From an uncultured Chitinophagaceae bacterium (GTDB lineage: Bacteria > Bacteroidota > Bacteroidia > Chitinophagales > Chitinophagaceae): 64,000 bases of DNA. The notes under the pieces were generated by a model that saw only the letters and a program-made list of their open reading frames with translations, was not told where the DNA came from and ran no database searches. The translations under genes were made by a program, and so were the position numbers. Location: positions 55,271-119,270 of the forward strand of contig CALLZY010000042.1 of NCBI GenBank assembly GCA_937858715.1. The letters are read 5' to 3'. How positions within the stretch are numbered: the stretch's first letter is position 1; the number at the start of each line of letters is the position of its first letter. Positions 46,072-56,585 of this stretch are shown here, one piece after another.

Positions 46072-48216
46072 ATGAAAAAGTTATTTTTTCTTTCAATGAT
46101 GATAGCACCTCTCTCCATGCTTGCTCAGCTCAGTTATCCGGCAACAAAAAAAACGGATTCTGCAACCAACTATCACGGTACAATTCTGGCAGACCCTTAC
46201 CGCTGGCTCGAGAATGATTACAGTGATGAAACAAAACAATGGGTGGCAGAGCAGAATAAAGTAACATTCGGTTATCTGGATAAGATTTCTTACCGGGCTG
46301 GCTGGTTGAAACGAATGGAAGAAATCAATAACTACCCCAAATATTCATCTCCTTCAAAAAAGAATGAATATTTCTATTTTTCAAAAAATGACGGCCTGCA
46401 AAATCAAAGTATTATTTACAGGCAAAAAGGCCTTGCCGGTAAACCGGAACTGGTGTTAGACCCCAATAAGTTTTCTGCTGATGGTACAACAGGGCTTGGC
46501 GCATTTGCACTATCCAAAGATGGCAGGTATGCTGTAGTGGGAAAAACAAAAGGTGGCAGCGACTGGCGCACCTTTTATGTAATGGATATGAAATCACTTA
46601 CATACTTGCCTGACTCAATCGAGTGGGTTAAAGTCTCAGGCGCCTCATGGCAGGGTGATGGTTTCTTTTACAGCCGTTATCCCACTCCTGAAAAGGGGAA
46701 AGAACTTTCTACAAAAAATGAAAACCATCAGGTCTATTATCATAAAGTGGGTACTGCACAGGATAAAGACATACTGGTATATGAAGATAAAGCAAACCCG
46801 CAGCGTTTTCATGGTGTATTTACTGATGAGAATGAACGCTATGTTTTTCTGAACATCAGCGACAGGGGAAAAGCTAAAGATGGTAATGCTTTGTGGTATT
46901 ACGACAGCAAGTCATCCGACAAGAAGTTTAAGCCCATCGTGGCTGAAGCAGATAAATACGACTACAACTTTATTGATGAATTTAACGGACGGTTTTTGCT
47001 GCTGACAAATGATGGTGCCCAGAACAACAGGCTTATCTCGGTTGACCCAAACAACCCGCAACCGGCAAACTGGAAAACAGTGATTGCAGAAAAACCTGAG
47101 AACATTTCATCTGTATCAGCCGCCGGGGGAAAAATTTTTGTAACCTATATGAAAGACGTTACCAGCCGTGTGTATGTATATGACTACAATGGTAAATTAG
47201 AAAGAGAAGTGAAATTGCCTGCATTGGGAACAGCTGGCGGCTTTGGCGGAGAGAAGGATGATAAATTTGTGTTCTATACATTCACTTCCATCACTTTTCC
47301 TCCTACCATTTACAGGTATGATATTGCCACCGGCAAGAGTACTGTTTTCAGAAGACCGGAAGTAAAATTCACTCCCGAAGATTATATCACAGAACAGGTA
47401 TTCTATCCCAGCAAAGACGGAACAAAAATTCCCATGTTCATTACTTATAAAAAAGGTGTGCTGAAGAATGGCAAAAACCCAACCATGCTGTATGGCTATG
47501 GCGGGTTTAATATCAGCAGCACCCCTTCATTCTCTCCAACCCGTATCACCTGGCTGGAGCAGGGTGGCATCTTCTGCATTGCCAACCTGCGGGGCGGCAG
47601 TGAGTATGGGGAAAAATGGCATGAAGCCGGGATGAGGTTTAAAAAGCAAAATGTATTTGATGACTTTATTGCTGCGGGAGAATTTCTGATAGCAAAGAAA
47701 TATACTTCATCAGAATACCTTGCTGTGCAGGGTGGCTCAAATGGAGGAACCCTTGTTGGTGCTGTCATTAACCAGCGTCCTGAATTGTTTAAAGTAGCCA
47801 TCCCGCAGGTGGGTGTTATGGATATGCTGCGCTTCCACAAGTTTACAATCGGCTGGAACTGGATTGCCGAATACGGCAGCAGCGATAACGCAGATGATTT
47901 TAAGAACCTGCTTGCATACTCACCTATGCACAATATAAAGCCGGGACTGAATTATCCTGCCACATTGGTAACCACAGCAGACCATGACGACAGGGTGGTG
48001 CCGGCACACTCATTTAAATATGCTGCTACATTGCAGGAGCATTATAAAGGAACTAATCCGGTAATGATCCGCATAGATGTAAACTCAGGCCACGGTGCCA
48101 GCAACCTGAAGAAAGGACTGGAGACGGCCGCCGATATTTATTCATTTACTTTTTACAATATGGGGCTGACACCAAAATTCAAAGAAGCAAAGCCCGCCCC
48201 CAAAAAAGGATTTTAG
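46072..48216 (+). CDS. Prolyl oligopeptidase (S9A), exported
   Basis: DPYRWLE, GGSNGG, ADHDDRV, GHG; signal peptide. Confidence 0.95.
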   Translation: MKKLFFLSMMIAPLSMLAQLSYPATKKTDSATNYHGTILADPYRWLENDYSDETKQWVAEQNKVTFGYLDKISYRAGWLKRMEEINNYPKYSSPSKKNEYFYFSKNDGLQNQSIIYRQKGLAGKPELVLDPNKFSADGTTGLGAFALSKDGRYAVVGKTKGGSDWRTFYVMDMKSLTYLPDSIEWVKVSGASWQGDGFFYSRYPTPEKGKELSTKNENHQVYYHKVGTAQDKDILVYEDKANPQRFHGVFTDENERYVFLNISDRGKAKDGNALWYYDSKSSDKKFKPIVAEADKYDYNFIDEFNGRFLLLTNDGAQNNRLISVDPNNPQPANWKTVIAEKPENISSVSAAGGKIFVTYMKDVTSRVYVYDYNGKLEREVKLPALGTAGGFGGEKDDKFVFYTFTSITFPPTIYRYDIATGKSTVFRRPEVKFTPEDYITEQVFYPSKDGTKIPMFITYKKGVLKNGKNPTMLYGYGGFNISSTPSFSPTRITWLEQGGIFCIANLRGGSEYGEKWHEAGMRFKKQNVFDDFIAAGEFLIAKKYTSSEYLAVQGGSNGGTLVGAVINQRPELFKVAIPQVGVMDMLRFHKFTIGWNWIAEYGSSDNADDFKNLLAYSPMHNIKPGLNYPATLVTTADHDDRVVPAHSFKYAATLQEHYKGTNPVMIRIDVNSGHGASNLKKGLETAADIYSFTFYNMGLTPKFKEAKPAPKKGF

Positions 48217-48227
48217 TTTGTTAATTT

Positions 48228-48253
48228 AGCCCTGCAAAAGCAGGGCTTTTTTT
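48228..48253 (+). terminator. Terminator
   Basis: AGCCCTGC-aaaa-GCAGGGCT-TTTTT. Confidence 0.75.
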
Positions 48254-49150
48254 ATGAAAGTATTAATCACCGGTGCAAATGGTTTTGTTGGTTATTATGT
48301 AACGAAACTTTTACTCGAAAAGGGTTATCAGGTAATAGCCACGGGCAGAGGTGATTGCAGGCTGCCATTTAGTAAAGAACATCTTTTCTCTTATTATCAG
48401 ATGGATTTTACAGATGCAGTTTCTGTTAAACAGGTGTTTGAAAAAACAGAACCTGATGCCGTTATCCATTCCGGGGCTGTCAGCAAGCCTGATGAATGTG
48501 AGTTAAACAAAGAAAAGGCCTGGAATATAAATGTGCAGGGCACTATCAACCTGCTGCGGGAAGCAGAAAATCTGAAATCATTTTTCTTATTTGTTTCTAC
48601 CGATTTTGTTTTTGATGGTGAAAAAGGCATGTACAGGGAAGAAGATATTCCGTTGCCTGTGAATTACTATGGCGAAACAAAACTGGCAGCTGAAAAAAAA
48701 GTGCTGGCTTATCCATATTTCTGGTCAATAGTAAGGACGGTGCTGGTATATGGCAAACCATTAACAGGAAGGGACAACCTGCTGACGATTGTAAAAAACA
48801 AATTGGAGAAAGGAGAGGAATATTCTGTTGTTAACGACCAGGTAAGAACTCCAACCTATGTCGTGGATCTGGCGCAAGGAATATTCTCAGTGATTGAGAA
48901 AAAAGCCGAAGGCATATTTCATATTTCGGGAGAAGATGTAACAACGCCTTATGAAATGGCCTGTAAAACTGCTGTATTGCTTGGGCTTAATGTGGGCCTG
49001 ATAAAAGAAGTAACTGCTTCCAGTTTTTCACAACCAGCTATGCGGCCACCCAAAACCGGGTTTAATATACAAAAGGCAAAGTCGGTGTTAGGTTATCATC
49101 CTGTATCTTTTGATGAAGGTCTGAGAAAAACTTTTTCTGAGAAGGATTAA
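48254..49150 (+). CDS. RmlD-like SDR (dTDP-4-dehydrorhamnose reductase family)
   Basis: TGANGFVG, STDFVFDG, YYGETK. Confidence 0.88.
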   Translation: MKVLITGANGFVGYYVTKLLLEKGYQVIATGRGDCRLPFSKEHLFSYYQMDFTDAVSVKQVFEKTEPDAVIHSGAVSKPDECELNKEKAWNINVQGTINLLREAENLKSFFLFVSTDFVFDGEKGMYREEDIPLPVNYYGETKLAAEKKVLAYPYFWSIVRTVLVYGKPLTGRDNLLTIVKNKLEKGEEYSVVNDQVRTPTYVVDLAQGIFSVIEKKAEGIFHISGEDVTTPYEMACKTAVLLGLNVGLIKEVTASSFSQPAMRPPKTGFNIQKAKSVLGYHPVSFDEGLRKTFSEKD

Positions 49151-49746
49151 TGCCCGTCACCAAATTTTTTCTCACCGGCTCTTATGGCTACTGCTAAATT
49201 GTTTTCTGCAGGCGGAACCGGGCAGTTATACACACCGCTTACATAAGCACAATAAGGATTATAGGCTTTGTTGAAGTCAATGGTATAAGTTCCGTTTTCC
49301 AGGTCCTGGATAGTCAGGTCAATATATCTGCCGTTTTCATAGCTTTCTTCACCGCTGGTCAGGTCGGTAAAAGGAATAAAGAGACTTTCAGCATATTCTT
49401 TTATGGCCATCAGCTTCTGCGACTGGTAAACATACAATTTGACAGCAGTATCATTTACATTAAAGTGAAGGATTGCATAAACCCTATGCACCTTTTTCAC
49501 CTTACCCGATGTTTCCATGGAAAACCAGGGAGCTTCATAAATGCGTTCAACACGGGCATTAATCCTGTACTTTTCACTGGCAGGGAAAAATTGCATTTTT
49601 TCTTTATCATTTCCCTTTACCACTTCATGCTCCTGCACATATTTAGCCTGGTATTCTGTGATATGGCGGATATAGGCGCTGTCCTGCGTATAGGATGTTT
49701 GTGCAACGAAGAGAATAAAAAGAGTTATAAATACTTTTTGCATCAT
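49147..49746 (-). CDS. DUF1684 protein
   Basis: FTDLTSGEESY..GRY, DFNKAYNPYCAY..CP.PP..N. Confidence 0.9.
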   Translation of the reverse strand: MMQKVFITLFILFVAQTSYTQDSAYIRHITEYQAKYVQEHEVVKGNDKEKMQFFPASEKYRINARVERIYEAPWFSMETSGKVKKVHRVYAILHFNVNDTAVKLYVYQSQKLMAIKEYAESLFIPFTDLTSGEESYENGRYIDLTIQDLENGTYTIDFNKAYNPYCAYVSGVYNCPVPPAENNLAVAIRAGEKKFGDGH

Positions 49747-49831
49747 AGTATGATTATTGATTGTTCTCAGGGATAGCCATTTTTTAACAGTATCGGTTTG
49801 TATTTAAGTAATTCATAGAGCCTGAGTTCTT

Positions 49832-49864
49832 AAAAAAGCCTTCCGTTTGAAGGGAAGGCTTTTT
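49832..49864 (-). terminator. Terminator
   Basis: AAAAAAGCCTTCC..GGAAGGCTTTTT. Confidence 0.8.
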
Positions 49865-49869
49865 AGTTT

Positions 49870-51213
49870 TTATTTCACCTGTAAATTGTGCTTCGCTACA
49901 AATTCATTTATCACACCGCTCAAATCCGGTTCACCAATTTCCTGTAAATCGTAATAAACCCTCACTGAAGGTTTGTCGATTTTTATAATCCTGTTCAGGT
50001 CAATAGGTGTGCCAATAACCACTGCATCGCATGGGGTGTTGCTGATAGTTGTCTCCAGGTCTTTCAGTTGTTGTTCTCCGTATCCCATTGCAGGCAGCAG
50101 TGTGCCGATGTTTGGATAAATACGGAATGTTTCACTGAGCTTGCCAGTTGTGTACGGCCGTGGGTCAACAAATCCGGCGGCACCATATTTCTGCGCAGCA
50201 ACAATACCGGCACCAAGCTTCATTTCACCATGTGTAAGTGTAGGGCCATCCTCAACCACAAGTACATTCTTCCCTTTAATTATGGATGGGTCATCAACCT
50301 TAACGGGAGAAGCACCATCAATAACAACTGCTTTTGGATTTACCTTGGCAATATTATTTCTTACTATCTGAATCGCTTCCGGTGCAGAGGTATCTATCTT
50401 GTTTATCACTACCACATCGGCCATACGCAGTGTGGTTTCGCCGGGATAGTAGGACAGTTCATGACCTGCACGGTGAGGGTCTGTTACAGTAATCATTAAA
50501 TCCGGCTGGTAGAACGGGAAATCGTTATTACCACCGTCCCAAACAACCACATCACATCCGTTCGGGTCTTTTTCTGCGGCACGCAAAATCGCTTCGTAAT
50601 CAACGCCGGCATAAATCACATTGCCCCTTACCACATGTGGTTCATATTCCTCCATTTCTTCAATGGTGCATTTGTGTTTGGCCAGGTCTTCAACTGTGGC
50701 AAAGCGCTGCACTTTTTGTTCGGCCAGGTCGCCATAAGGCATCGGGTGACGGACGGCAACAACCTTTAATCCTTTTGCCATCAGCAGTTCCACAACTTTT
50801 CTTGAGGTCTGGCTTTTGCCGCAGCCTGTCCTTACAGCGCCTATGGCGATAACAGGTTTGGTGCTTTTTATTTGTGTGTCTTTGGCACCCAGCAAAACAA
50901 AATTGGCACCGGCCGCATTAACCCTTGAAGCCAGGCTCATAATTGTGGTATAGGTCACATCGCTGTAAGAAAATACACAGTCATCAACTTTCAGGTCTTT
51001 GATCAATTTTTCGAGGTCTGATTCCACATGGATGGGAATTCCTTTTGCATATAAATCACCGGCCAGTTCTTTGGGATATTCCCTTCCGGCAATGTCAGGT
51101 ATTTGTGCAGCAGTAAATGCCACTACATTATAGTTTTCGTTGTTCCTGAAATAAGTGTTGAAATTGTGAAAGTCTCTTCCGGCAGCGCCGATAATTATTA
51201 CGTTTCTTTTCAT
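49870..51213 (-). CDS. Cyclic 2,3-diphosphoglycerate synthetase-like P-loop NTPase
   Basis: IIGAAGRDFHNFN, RTGCGKSQT, RHPMPYG, WDGGNND, VEDGPTLTHG. Confidence 0.8.
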   Translation of the reverse strand: MKRNVIIIGAAGRDFHNFNTYFRNNENYNVVAFTAAQIPDIAGREYPKELAGDLYAKGIPIHVESDLEKLIKDLKVDDCVFSYSDVTYTTIMSLASRVNAAGANFVLLGAKDTQIKSTKPVIAIGAVRTGCGKSQTSRKVVELLMAKGLKVVAVRHPMPYGDLAEQKVQRFATVEDLAKHKCTIEEMEEYEPHVVRGNVIYAGVDYEAILRAAEKDPNGCDVVVWDGGNNDFPFYQPDLMITVTDPHRAGHELSYYPGETTLRMADVVVINKIDTSAPEAIQIVRNNIAKVNPKAVVIDGASPVKVDDPSIIKGKNVLVVEDGPTLTHGEMKLGAGIVAAQKYGAAGFVDPRPYTTGKLSETFRIYPNIGTLLPAMGYGEQQLKDLETTISNTPCDAVVIGTPIDLNRIIKIDKPSVRVYYDLQEIGEPDLSGVINEFVAKHNLQVK

Positions 51214-51521
51214 ACATCAATCGTTTAAAATGGTTGGGATATTTTCTTTTTTTATTTGGGTAAACAGTATTTCAGCAATTGAAACTGCTTTCTTTTCATA
51301 TACTATTGTATCATGTGGAGGTACAGACTGTATTTAGCCTGGCAGATAGAAGTTAGCAGGCAGGGAAAGTTCAGCAAAACTGAAAATGCGATAATATTTT
51401 TTTCCGCAATTTTTCATACAGAAGCGGGGCAAAGTTAGGTATTTAACACTTCACAAATATTAAGTTGTGGTGAATTACAGGTTTCTGACGGGTTTTTGGT
51501 GACTATTCAACCCTTCAGGGG

Positions 51522-52448
51522 TCAGTGTAAAGTTTTTGCAGTTTGCCCGATCAGGCTGCCATTATGGTAAAGCTGCAAAGAATAGGTGCCTTTTTGGAAC
51601 TCATCAGGTGTAAGGGAGAAGAAAAGCCGCTTTATTTCCCCTTTTGCGTATTCAAATTTGATTTTCCGGGTGTATATTTTTTTTTCACCATTCTTTGTTT
51701 GCAGGGCAGAGGAAGACTCCCAGGCATCTGTTTTCAATACATAACCATCAGGCTGGGTGATGATGACAAATACTTCGGCATCATTGTAATCGCTGATATT
51801 ATTTAGTACGGTGAAAGAGATAATAAACTTGCTGACTTTATTGGTGTTGGTGGTTTCCTGTTCCTTGTCATTTTTTACGGCTACGGGTGATAATTTAATT
51901 TCCGACGACATAAAAGTGGATGCAAGGCTGACTTTCTCAGACAACATTTTATTTTCTCTCGTCAGTTGCTGCATGCCGCCTTCCAGGTCTTTTACCTGCA
52001 GGTTTACCTTGTCCAGCACAGCACTGATCTGCTGTTTCTCTTCTTCAATGCTGCTGTTCTTGCTTTGCAGGTCCAGTACAAGGGTTTGCAGCTCGGCGGT
52101 TTTTCTTCTCGCCAGTTCCAGGTCTTCTTTCTTGGCATCTGTCTTTTTCAGTATCGCAGCAATCTCACTCCGAAGCCGGTAAATTTCTTTTAGCTTTTCA
52201 TTCAGTTCTCCTTTAAGCAGCCCTTCTGTATTGATTGAAGAATCCAGTTTTGCATCCAATGAATTAATGGTAAGCGAATATATCCTGTGCAGCGAATCTT
52301 CCACACCCTGCGCAACGGCCAAAGAGTCTTTTATGAATATTTCTTTCCGCTGGCTGGAATAATAGGCCTTATCGTACAGGTGATACACCCATGTGCCCAC
52401 AAGTGCGGCAGACAGGAGTATCATAAGTATGAGTTTTGAATCTTTCAA
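51522..52448 (-). CDS. Membrane-anchored coiled-coil protein, paralog of 53755-54741
   Basis: N-terminal TM, long coiled coil, C-terminal beta domain. Confidence 0.8.
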   Translation of the reverse strand: MKDSKLILMILLSAALVGTWVYHLYDKAYYSSQRKEIFIKDSLAVAQGVEDSLHRIYSLTINSLDAKLDSSINTEGLLKGELNEKLKEIYRLRSEIAAILKKTDAKKEDLELARRKTAELQTLVLDLQSKNSSIEEEKQQISAVLDKVNLQVKDLEGGMQQLTRENKMLSEKVSLASTFMSSEIKLSPVAVKNDKEQETTNTNKVSKFIISFTVLNNISDYNDAEVFVIITQPDGYVLKTDAWESSSALQTKNGEKKIYTRKIKFEYAKGEIKRLFFSLTPDEFQKGTYSLQLYHNGSLIGQTAKTLH

Positions 52449-52463
52449 AAGTGTGTTCTGAAA

Positions 52464-53612
52464 TTATTTGTCTATGTACTGATCCACATAGGCCGATACC
52501 CAGCCAACCTGGCCGTTCTTCACTAAGTAAAAGTGTTTTGTTTCAAATGCTGATTCAAACTGCCGCATTATTTTTATCATCAGCCCGGTGCCTGCCAGCA
52601 GCGCTTTATGGTCAAATACTTTCAGCACACGGTTTATCTCTGCGGTTGCAGCATCCTTCTCGGCTTTCCTGTTGATGGCTCCTGTAAGAAATGTGGCATT
52701 AAAGACGTCAAAATTCCTGTAGAGCTTCTCACTGAATTTTTTTACTTCATCAAAACTTACTGATACAATGGGGTTGTCAATCAGTTCAGGGTGGGTGAGG
52801 GTGGCCACAGCCCAGGCAATACCGCCGCTCACAGCAATGTTATCGCTCAGCGGATAGGCCCCGCTGGTATTTACTGCGTAAACTATATCTGTGTTTTCAG
52901 CACCGGCCAGCACTCTTGCCAGTTGTTTGTAATAATTGGGCAGTGAGTTATCAGCTTCGCAGCGTTTCTCTGTCAGGTTGGCAACACTTTTTGTGCCCCA
53001 GTCTAATTGAAACAGGTGGAATGTTTCTGTATCGTTACCAGGAAAAAAACCTCCCTTTGTATTGCCACTGCCGATATCAAAAAGAAAAGTGCTGAACCGG
53101 CGGTTTTCAGGAATAATGCCCAGGTGAGACAGTTTCGCCTCTTTCATTACATCCACGACTTCTACCTGGCGGGAAGGTTCGTTAATTCTCAATCTGAAGG
53201 AATCAGTAAGGTTATTGATTTGGCCGTACTTGTTGTCTTTTTCTGCCTGCATCTTTACACCGCTGCTTACAACAGTAAAGATGTTCTTCGCAGGAATCTG
53301 GTAGCCTGAAAGGGCTGTTTGATACAGGGAGGTTAACCCGTTGAGTGTCGCAGAAAATGTGGCCGGTGTAAAACTGATAAAGTCAGTATTCACCGATGTG
53401 TCCTTCAGTATGTAAAAAGCTCCGCTGCTTTTGGCATTATTGCCAATTTCTATCACACTCATTTTTACTCCTTTTGAGCCCACTTCAATTCCTGCGCAAA
53501 TCCTGGAGTTAGCATACCGGGGCCTGATGTTTGTTTGCGAATTCACCAAAAGGGAAGGTGCAAAAACCATCCACACCGGAAAGATCAGCCGGAGCATTTT
53601 TTTGTTTGTCAT
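52464..53612 (-). CDS. Exported ASKHA-fold (Ppx/GppA-like) protein
   Basis: GIEVGSKGVK (phosphate-1), DIGSGNT (phosphate-2), SGG; hydrophobic N-terminus. Confidence 0.65.
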   Translation of the reverse strand: MTNKKMLRLIFPVWMVFAPSLLVNSQTNIRPRYANSRICAGIEVGSKGVKMSVIEIGNNAKSSGAFYILKDTSVNTDFISFTPATFSATLNGLTSLYQTALSGYQIPAKNIFTVVSSGVKMQAEKDNKYGQINNLTDSFRLRINEPSRQVEVVDVMKEAKLSHLGIIPENRRFSTFLFDIGSGNTKGGFFPGNDTETFHLFQLDWGTKSVANLTEKRCEADNSLPNYYKQLARVLAGAENTDIVYAVNTSGAYPLSDNIAVSGGIAWAVATLTHPELIDNPIVSVSFDEVKKFSEKLYRNFDVFNATFLTGAINRKAEKDAATAEINRVLKVFDHKALLAGTGLMIKIMRQFESAFETKHFYLVKNGQVGWVSAYVDQYIDK

Positions 53613-53703
53613 ATTCTGATAATTACTTAGGTAAAAATACCGTAATAGTGCCGGTTATTTACGCACCGGCGTTCAGCGGGTTTTTTTTGTTAATAACATG
53701 GGT

Positions 53704-53737
53704 AAAAAAAATGCCCCGTATCCGGAGCATTTCTTTT
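53704..53737 (-). terminator. Terminator
   Basis: Minus strand AATGCTCCG-gata-CGGGGCATT-TTTTT. Confidence 0.75.
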
Positions 53738-53754
53738 TAAAAAAGAAAATATCA

Positions 53755-54741
53755 TCATCCGAAGATTCCGCCTTTTTTCAGGCTTCTCAGGCCTTCACCG
53801 ATTTTAAATCCGTTGTGATAGATTTCAATTCTGTAATCACCTGTATTGAAGTCTGTTTGTTTAATCGGAAACTGCACAGATTGCTTTTTACCCTGCTCAT
53901 AATTCACCGGAATTTTAGCAGTAAATGGCCTGTCGCCATCAGCTCTGGTGCTGAGGGTGCCGCCTCCTTCTGATATAGCCTTGCCATCCGGACCTGTTAC
54001 AATCAGGTACATATCGGCAGGGCCTGATTTGGCAATACGGTTTTCAATATCGAAGGATACAACCAGTTTATCCACCCTTTTGGCAGTGGTGGTTGTTTTC
54101 TCTTTGCCGCTCTTTCTTTCATTTACCGGTACAATCTGAATATTGGAAGCACTGAATGTAGAGGCCACATCCACTGTTTTTTCCAGTTCCTGCTTTTCTG
54201 AGGTTCTTGTTGCCAGGTTGGTTTCAAGGTCAGACTTTTCCTGCTTTAATGTGGTATTGGCGGCTGTCAGTTCCTGGTTTTCACCGGTAAGCCTGGCCAC
54301 TTCTGTTTCAAGAGTGGTGATTTTGTCGTTCAACTCCGCAATCATTGTTCTTGCCTTAGTAAGCTCGGCCTGCGAAGCATTCTTGTCATTCAGTATTTTC
54401 CTGATCTCTGCTTTCTTTGCTTCTATATCTTTCAGGTATTTGGCCTGTAATTCTGCGTTTTCGCCACTCAGTGTGTTATTGGCGCCTGTTAAGGAATCCA
54501 GGCGGGTAAGTGCATTGTCATAGTCCTGGCGCAGGTCAGCTATTTCCGTACTTTGTGTGGTGATAGTTGATTGCTGGCTTTCAATTTTATCGCCTGCTTT
54601 GTTCTTGTCGTACAGGAAGTATCCCCATGATCCTAATACTACTGCAGCCAGTGCGCCAATGATGAGATTCTTGCTTTTATTGTTTTTTGATGGCTCAGTT
54701 TGCGGCGTATTGGTAGCCGAGGGATAATTTGTGTCGGTCAT
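53755..54741 (-). CDS. Membrane-anchored coiled-coil protein
   Basis: TM helix, heptad-rich stalk, C-terminal domain ASTF..SNI..TGPDG..IYHNG. Confidence 0.85.
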   Translation of the reverse strand: MTDTNYPSATNTPQTEPSKNNKSKNLIIGALAAVVLGSWGYFLYDKNKAGDKIESQQSTITTQSTEIADLRQDYDNALTRLDSLTGANNTLSGENAELQAKYLKDIEAKKAEIRKILNDKNASQAELTKARTMIAELNDKITTLETEVARLTGENQELTAANTTLKQEKSDLETNLATRTSEKQELEKTVDVASTFSASNIQIVPVNERKSGKEKTTTTAKRVDKLVVSFDIENRIAKSGPADMYLIVTGPDGKAISEGGGTLSTRADGDRPFTAKIPVNYEQGKKQSVQFPIKQTDFNTGDYRIEIYHNGFKIGEGLRSLKKGGIFG

Positions 54742-54937
54742 TTTATTATGTTTTAAAATTTGAAATGCAAGTTACGCCTGTTGTACAGAAAACAATTCCC
54801 TCTTTTCAGGGATGTTTCTGAAGTTTTGTTAAAAAATCAGGCCTGTGCATCCTTTTCCTAAAACCGTGCCAGTTTCTCACAGGGTATTCCCGGTGCTGCC
54901 AAAAGATTAAAATATAAACCATGTATCTTAGCCGATT

Positions 54938-55936
54938 ATGAGCATCGAAAAGATTATCACAGACTGGAAAAAAGGTGCTTTCAAACCTGTTTACTGGCTT
55001 GAAGGGGAGGAAGAATATTTCATAGATAAGGCGGTTGATTATGCGGAGCACCATATTCTCAATGAGAGTGAGTCATCTTTTAATCTCAGCATTTTTTATG
55101 GTAAGGATGCAAACTGGGCCGATGTGGTGAATGCCTGCCGCCGTTATCCCATGTTTGCCGAAAGACAGGTCGTTATCCTGAAAGAAGCACAGCAGATGAA
55201 GGACGTGGAAAAACTCGAACCATACGTAGAGAATCCTTCACCCAGTACTGTTTTCGTAGTGTCGTATAAAGATAAAAAACTGGATGCCCGTAAGAAGTTT
55301 GCCAAAACGGTGAAGGAAAAAGGCGTACTGATTACGACAAAGAAAATGTATGACCGGGAACTGCCCGAGTGGACAAAGGATATGGTGCAGTCTAAAGGGC
55401 TAACCATTACCCCTAAGGGCCTGGCACTGCTGGTTGATCATATCGGCAACGATCTTACCCGTATTGAAAACGAGATTGACAAGATCTCGGTGAACCTCGG
55501 TAAACGAACCGGCATCACCGAAGATGATATTGAGAATTTTATCGGTGTCAGCAAGGAGTTCAACATATTCGAACTGCAGTCGGCCATGGCAGCAAAAGAC
55601 CTTGCCAAAAGCATCCGCATCATTCAGTATTTTGAAGCCAATCCCAAGTCGGCACCTGTTCAGTTAGTGCTGCCTTCCTTATATAGTTTTTTCAGTAAAG
55701 TGTTTATGGTGTTTGGTGCAGGCACCAATGATGAAAAAACAATTGCCACTGCCATTGGGGTGGCACCGTATTTTGTGAAAGACTATATACAGGCTGCCCG
55801 GCTGTATTCATACCAGGGTGCAGAAAAAGCATTGCTGCTGCTGCACCAGTATAACCTCAGAAGTATTGGTATTGGTAACGTAAATACCGAAGATGGTTCT
55901 TTAATGAAAGAACTGGCAGTAAAAATGATGAGCTGA
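54938..55936 (+). CDS. holA: DNA polymerase III delta subunit
   Basis: PVYWLEGEEEYFID, RYPMFAERQVV, GVSKEFNIFEL. Confidence 0.93.
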   Translation: MSIEKIITDWKKGAFKPVYWLEGEEEYFIDKAVDYAEHHILNESESSFNLSIFYGKDANWADVVNACRRYPMFAERQVVILKEAQQMKDVEKLEPYVENPSPSTVFVVSYKDKKLDARKKFAKTVKEKGVLITTKKMYDRELPEWTKDMVQSKGLTITPKGLALLVDHIGNDLTRIENEIDKISVNLGKRTGITEDDIENFIGVSKEFNIFELQSAMAAKDLAKSIRIIQYFEANPKSAPVQLVLPSLYSFFSKVFMVFGAGTNDEKTIATAIGVAPYFVKDYIQAARLYSYQGAEKALLLLHQYNLRSIGIGNVNTEDGSLMKELAVKMMS

Positions 55937-55965
55937 TTTACTGCCAGTCCGGTAGTAAATATTTC

Positions 55966-56487
55966 TTAGTCTTTTACAAACAGAGCCTTTAGCTCTGTAG
56001 CATCATCCGGCTTCAGTTTTCCGCCGAGGATCAGCCTTAGCTGCCTGCGGCGCAGTGCACCTTCGTACAATCTTTTTTCTTCTTCTGTTTCAGGAACCAG
56101 TTGCGGTACAGGTCTTGGTTTGCGGTTGGGGTCAAGCGCCACAAATGTGTAATAAGCTTCGTTGCTTTTGTACTTATACTGGTGGGTGAGGTCTTCACCC
56201 CACACTTTCATGTGTATTTCCATGGAGGAGGTGAAAGCCCTGGTTACCTTAGCTTCGATATGCACCACATTACCCAGTTTTATCGGGTTTTCAAATGAAA
56301 TATTATCTACCGATGCCGTCACCACCGGCGCATTGCAGTGTTTCTGTGCCGACAGGGCGGCAGCAATATCCATCCAGTACATCAGGCGGCCACCCATCAG
56401 GTTCTCATACAGGTTGGTATCGTTGGGTAATACGAGTTCAGTCATTACGGTAAGACTCTCATGCGATTTCTTTGTTTCCATACTCAA
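55966..56487 (-). CDS. Acyl-CoA thioesterase (hotdog fold)
   Basis: PNDTNLYENLMGG, VTASVD. Confidence 0.92.
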   Translation of the reverse strand: MSMETKKSHESLTVMTELVLPNDTNLYENLMGGRLMYWMDIAAALSAQKHCNAPVVTASVDNISFENPIKLGNVVHIEAKVTRAFTSSMEIHMKVWGEDLTHQYKYKSNEAYYTFVALDPNRKPRPVPQLVPETEEEKRLYEGALRRRQLRLILGGKLKPDDATELKALFVKD

Positions 56488-56540
56488 CTTTTGGCAAAGA
56501 TAGGTGGGAGGGAACGGATGATTTTCCGATATGTGAAATT

Positions 56541-56565
56541 AAAAAGGCATCCGGAGATGCCTCTT
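56541..56565 (-). terminator. Terminator
   Basis: AGGCATC-cgga-GATGCCT with an adjacent A run. Confidence 0.65.
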
Positions 56566-56585
56566 ATGCGGATAGTATTGGTTCA

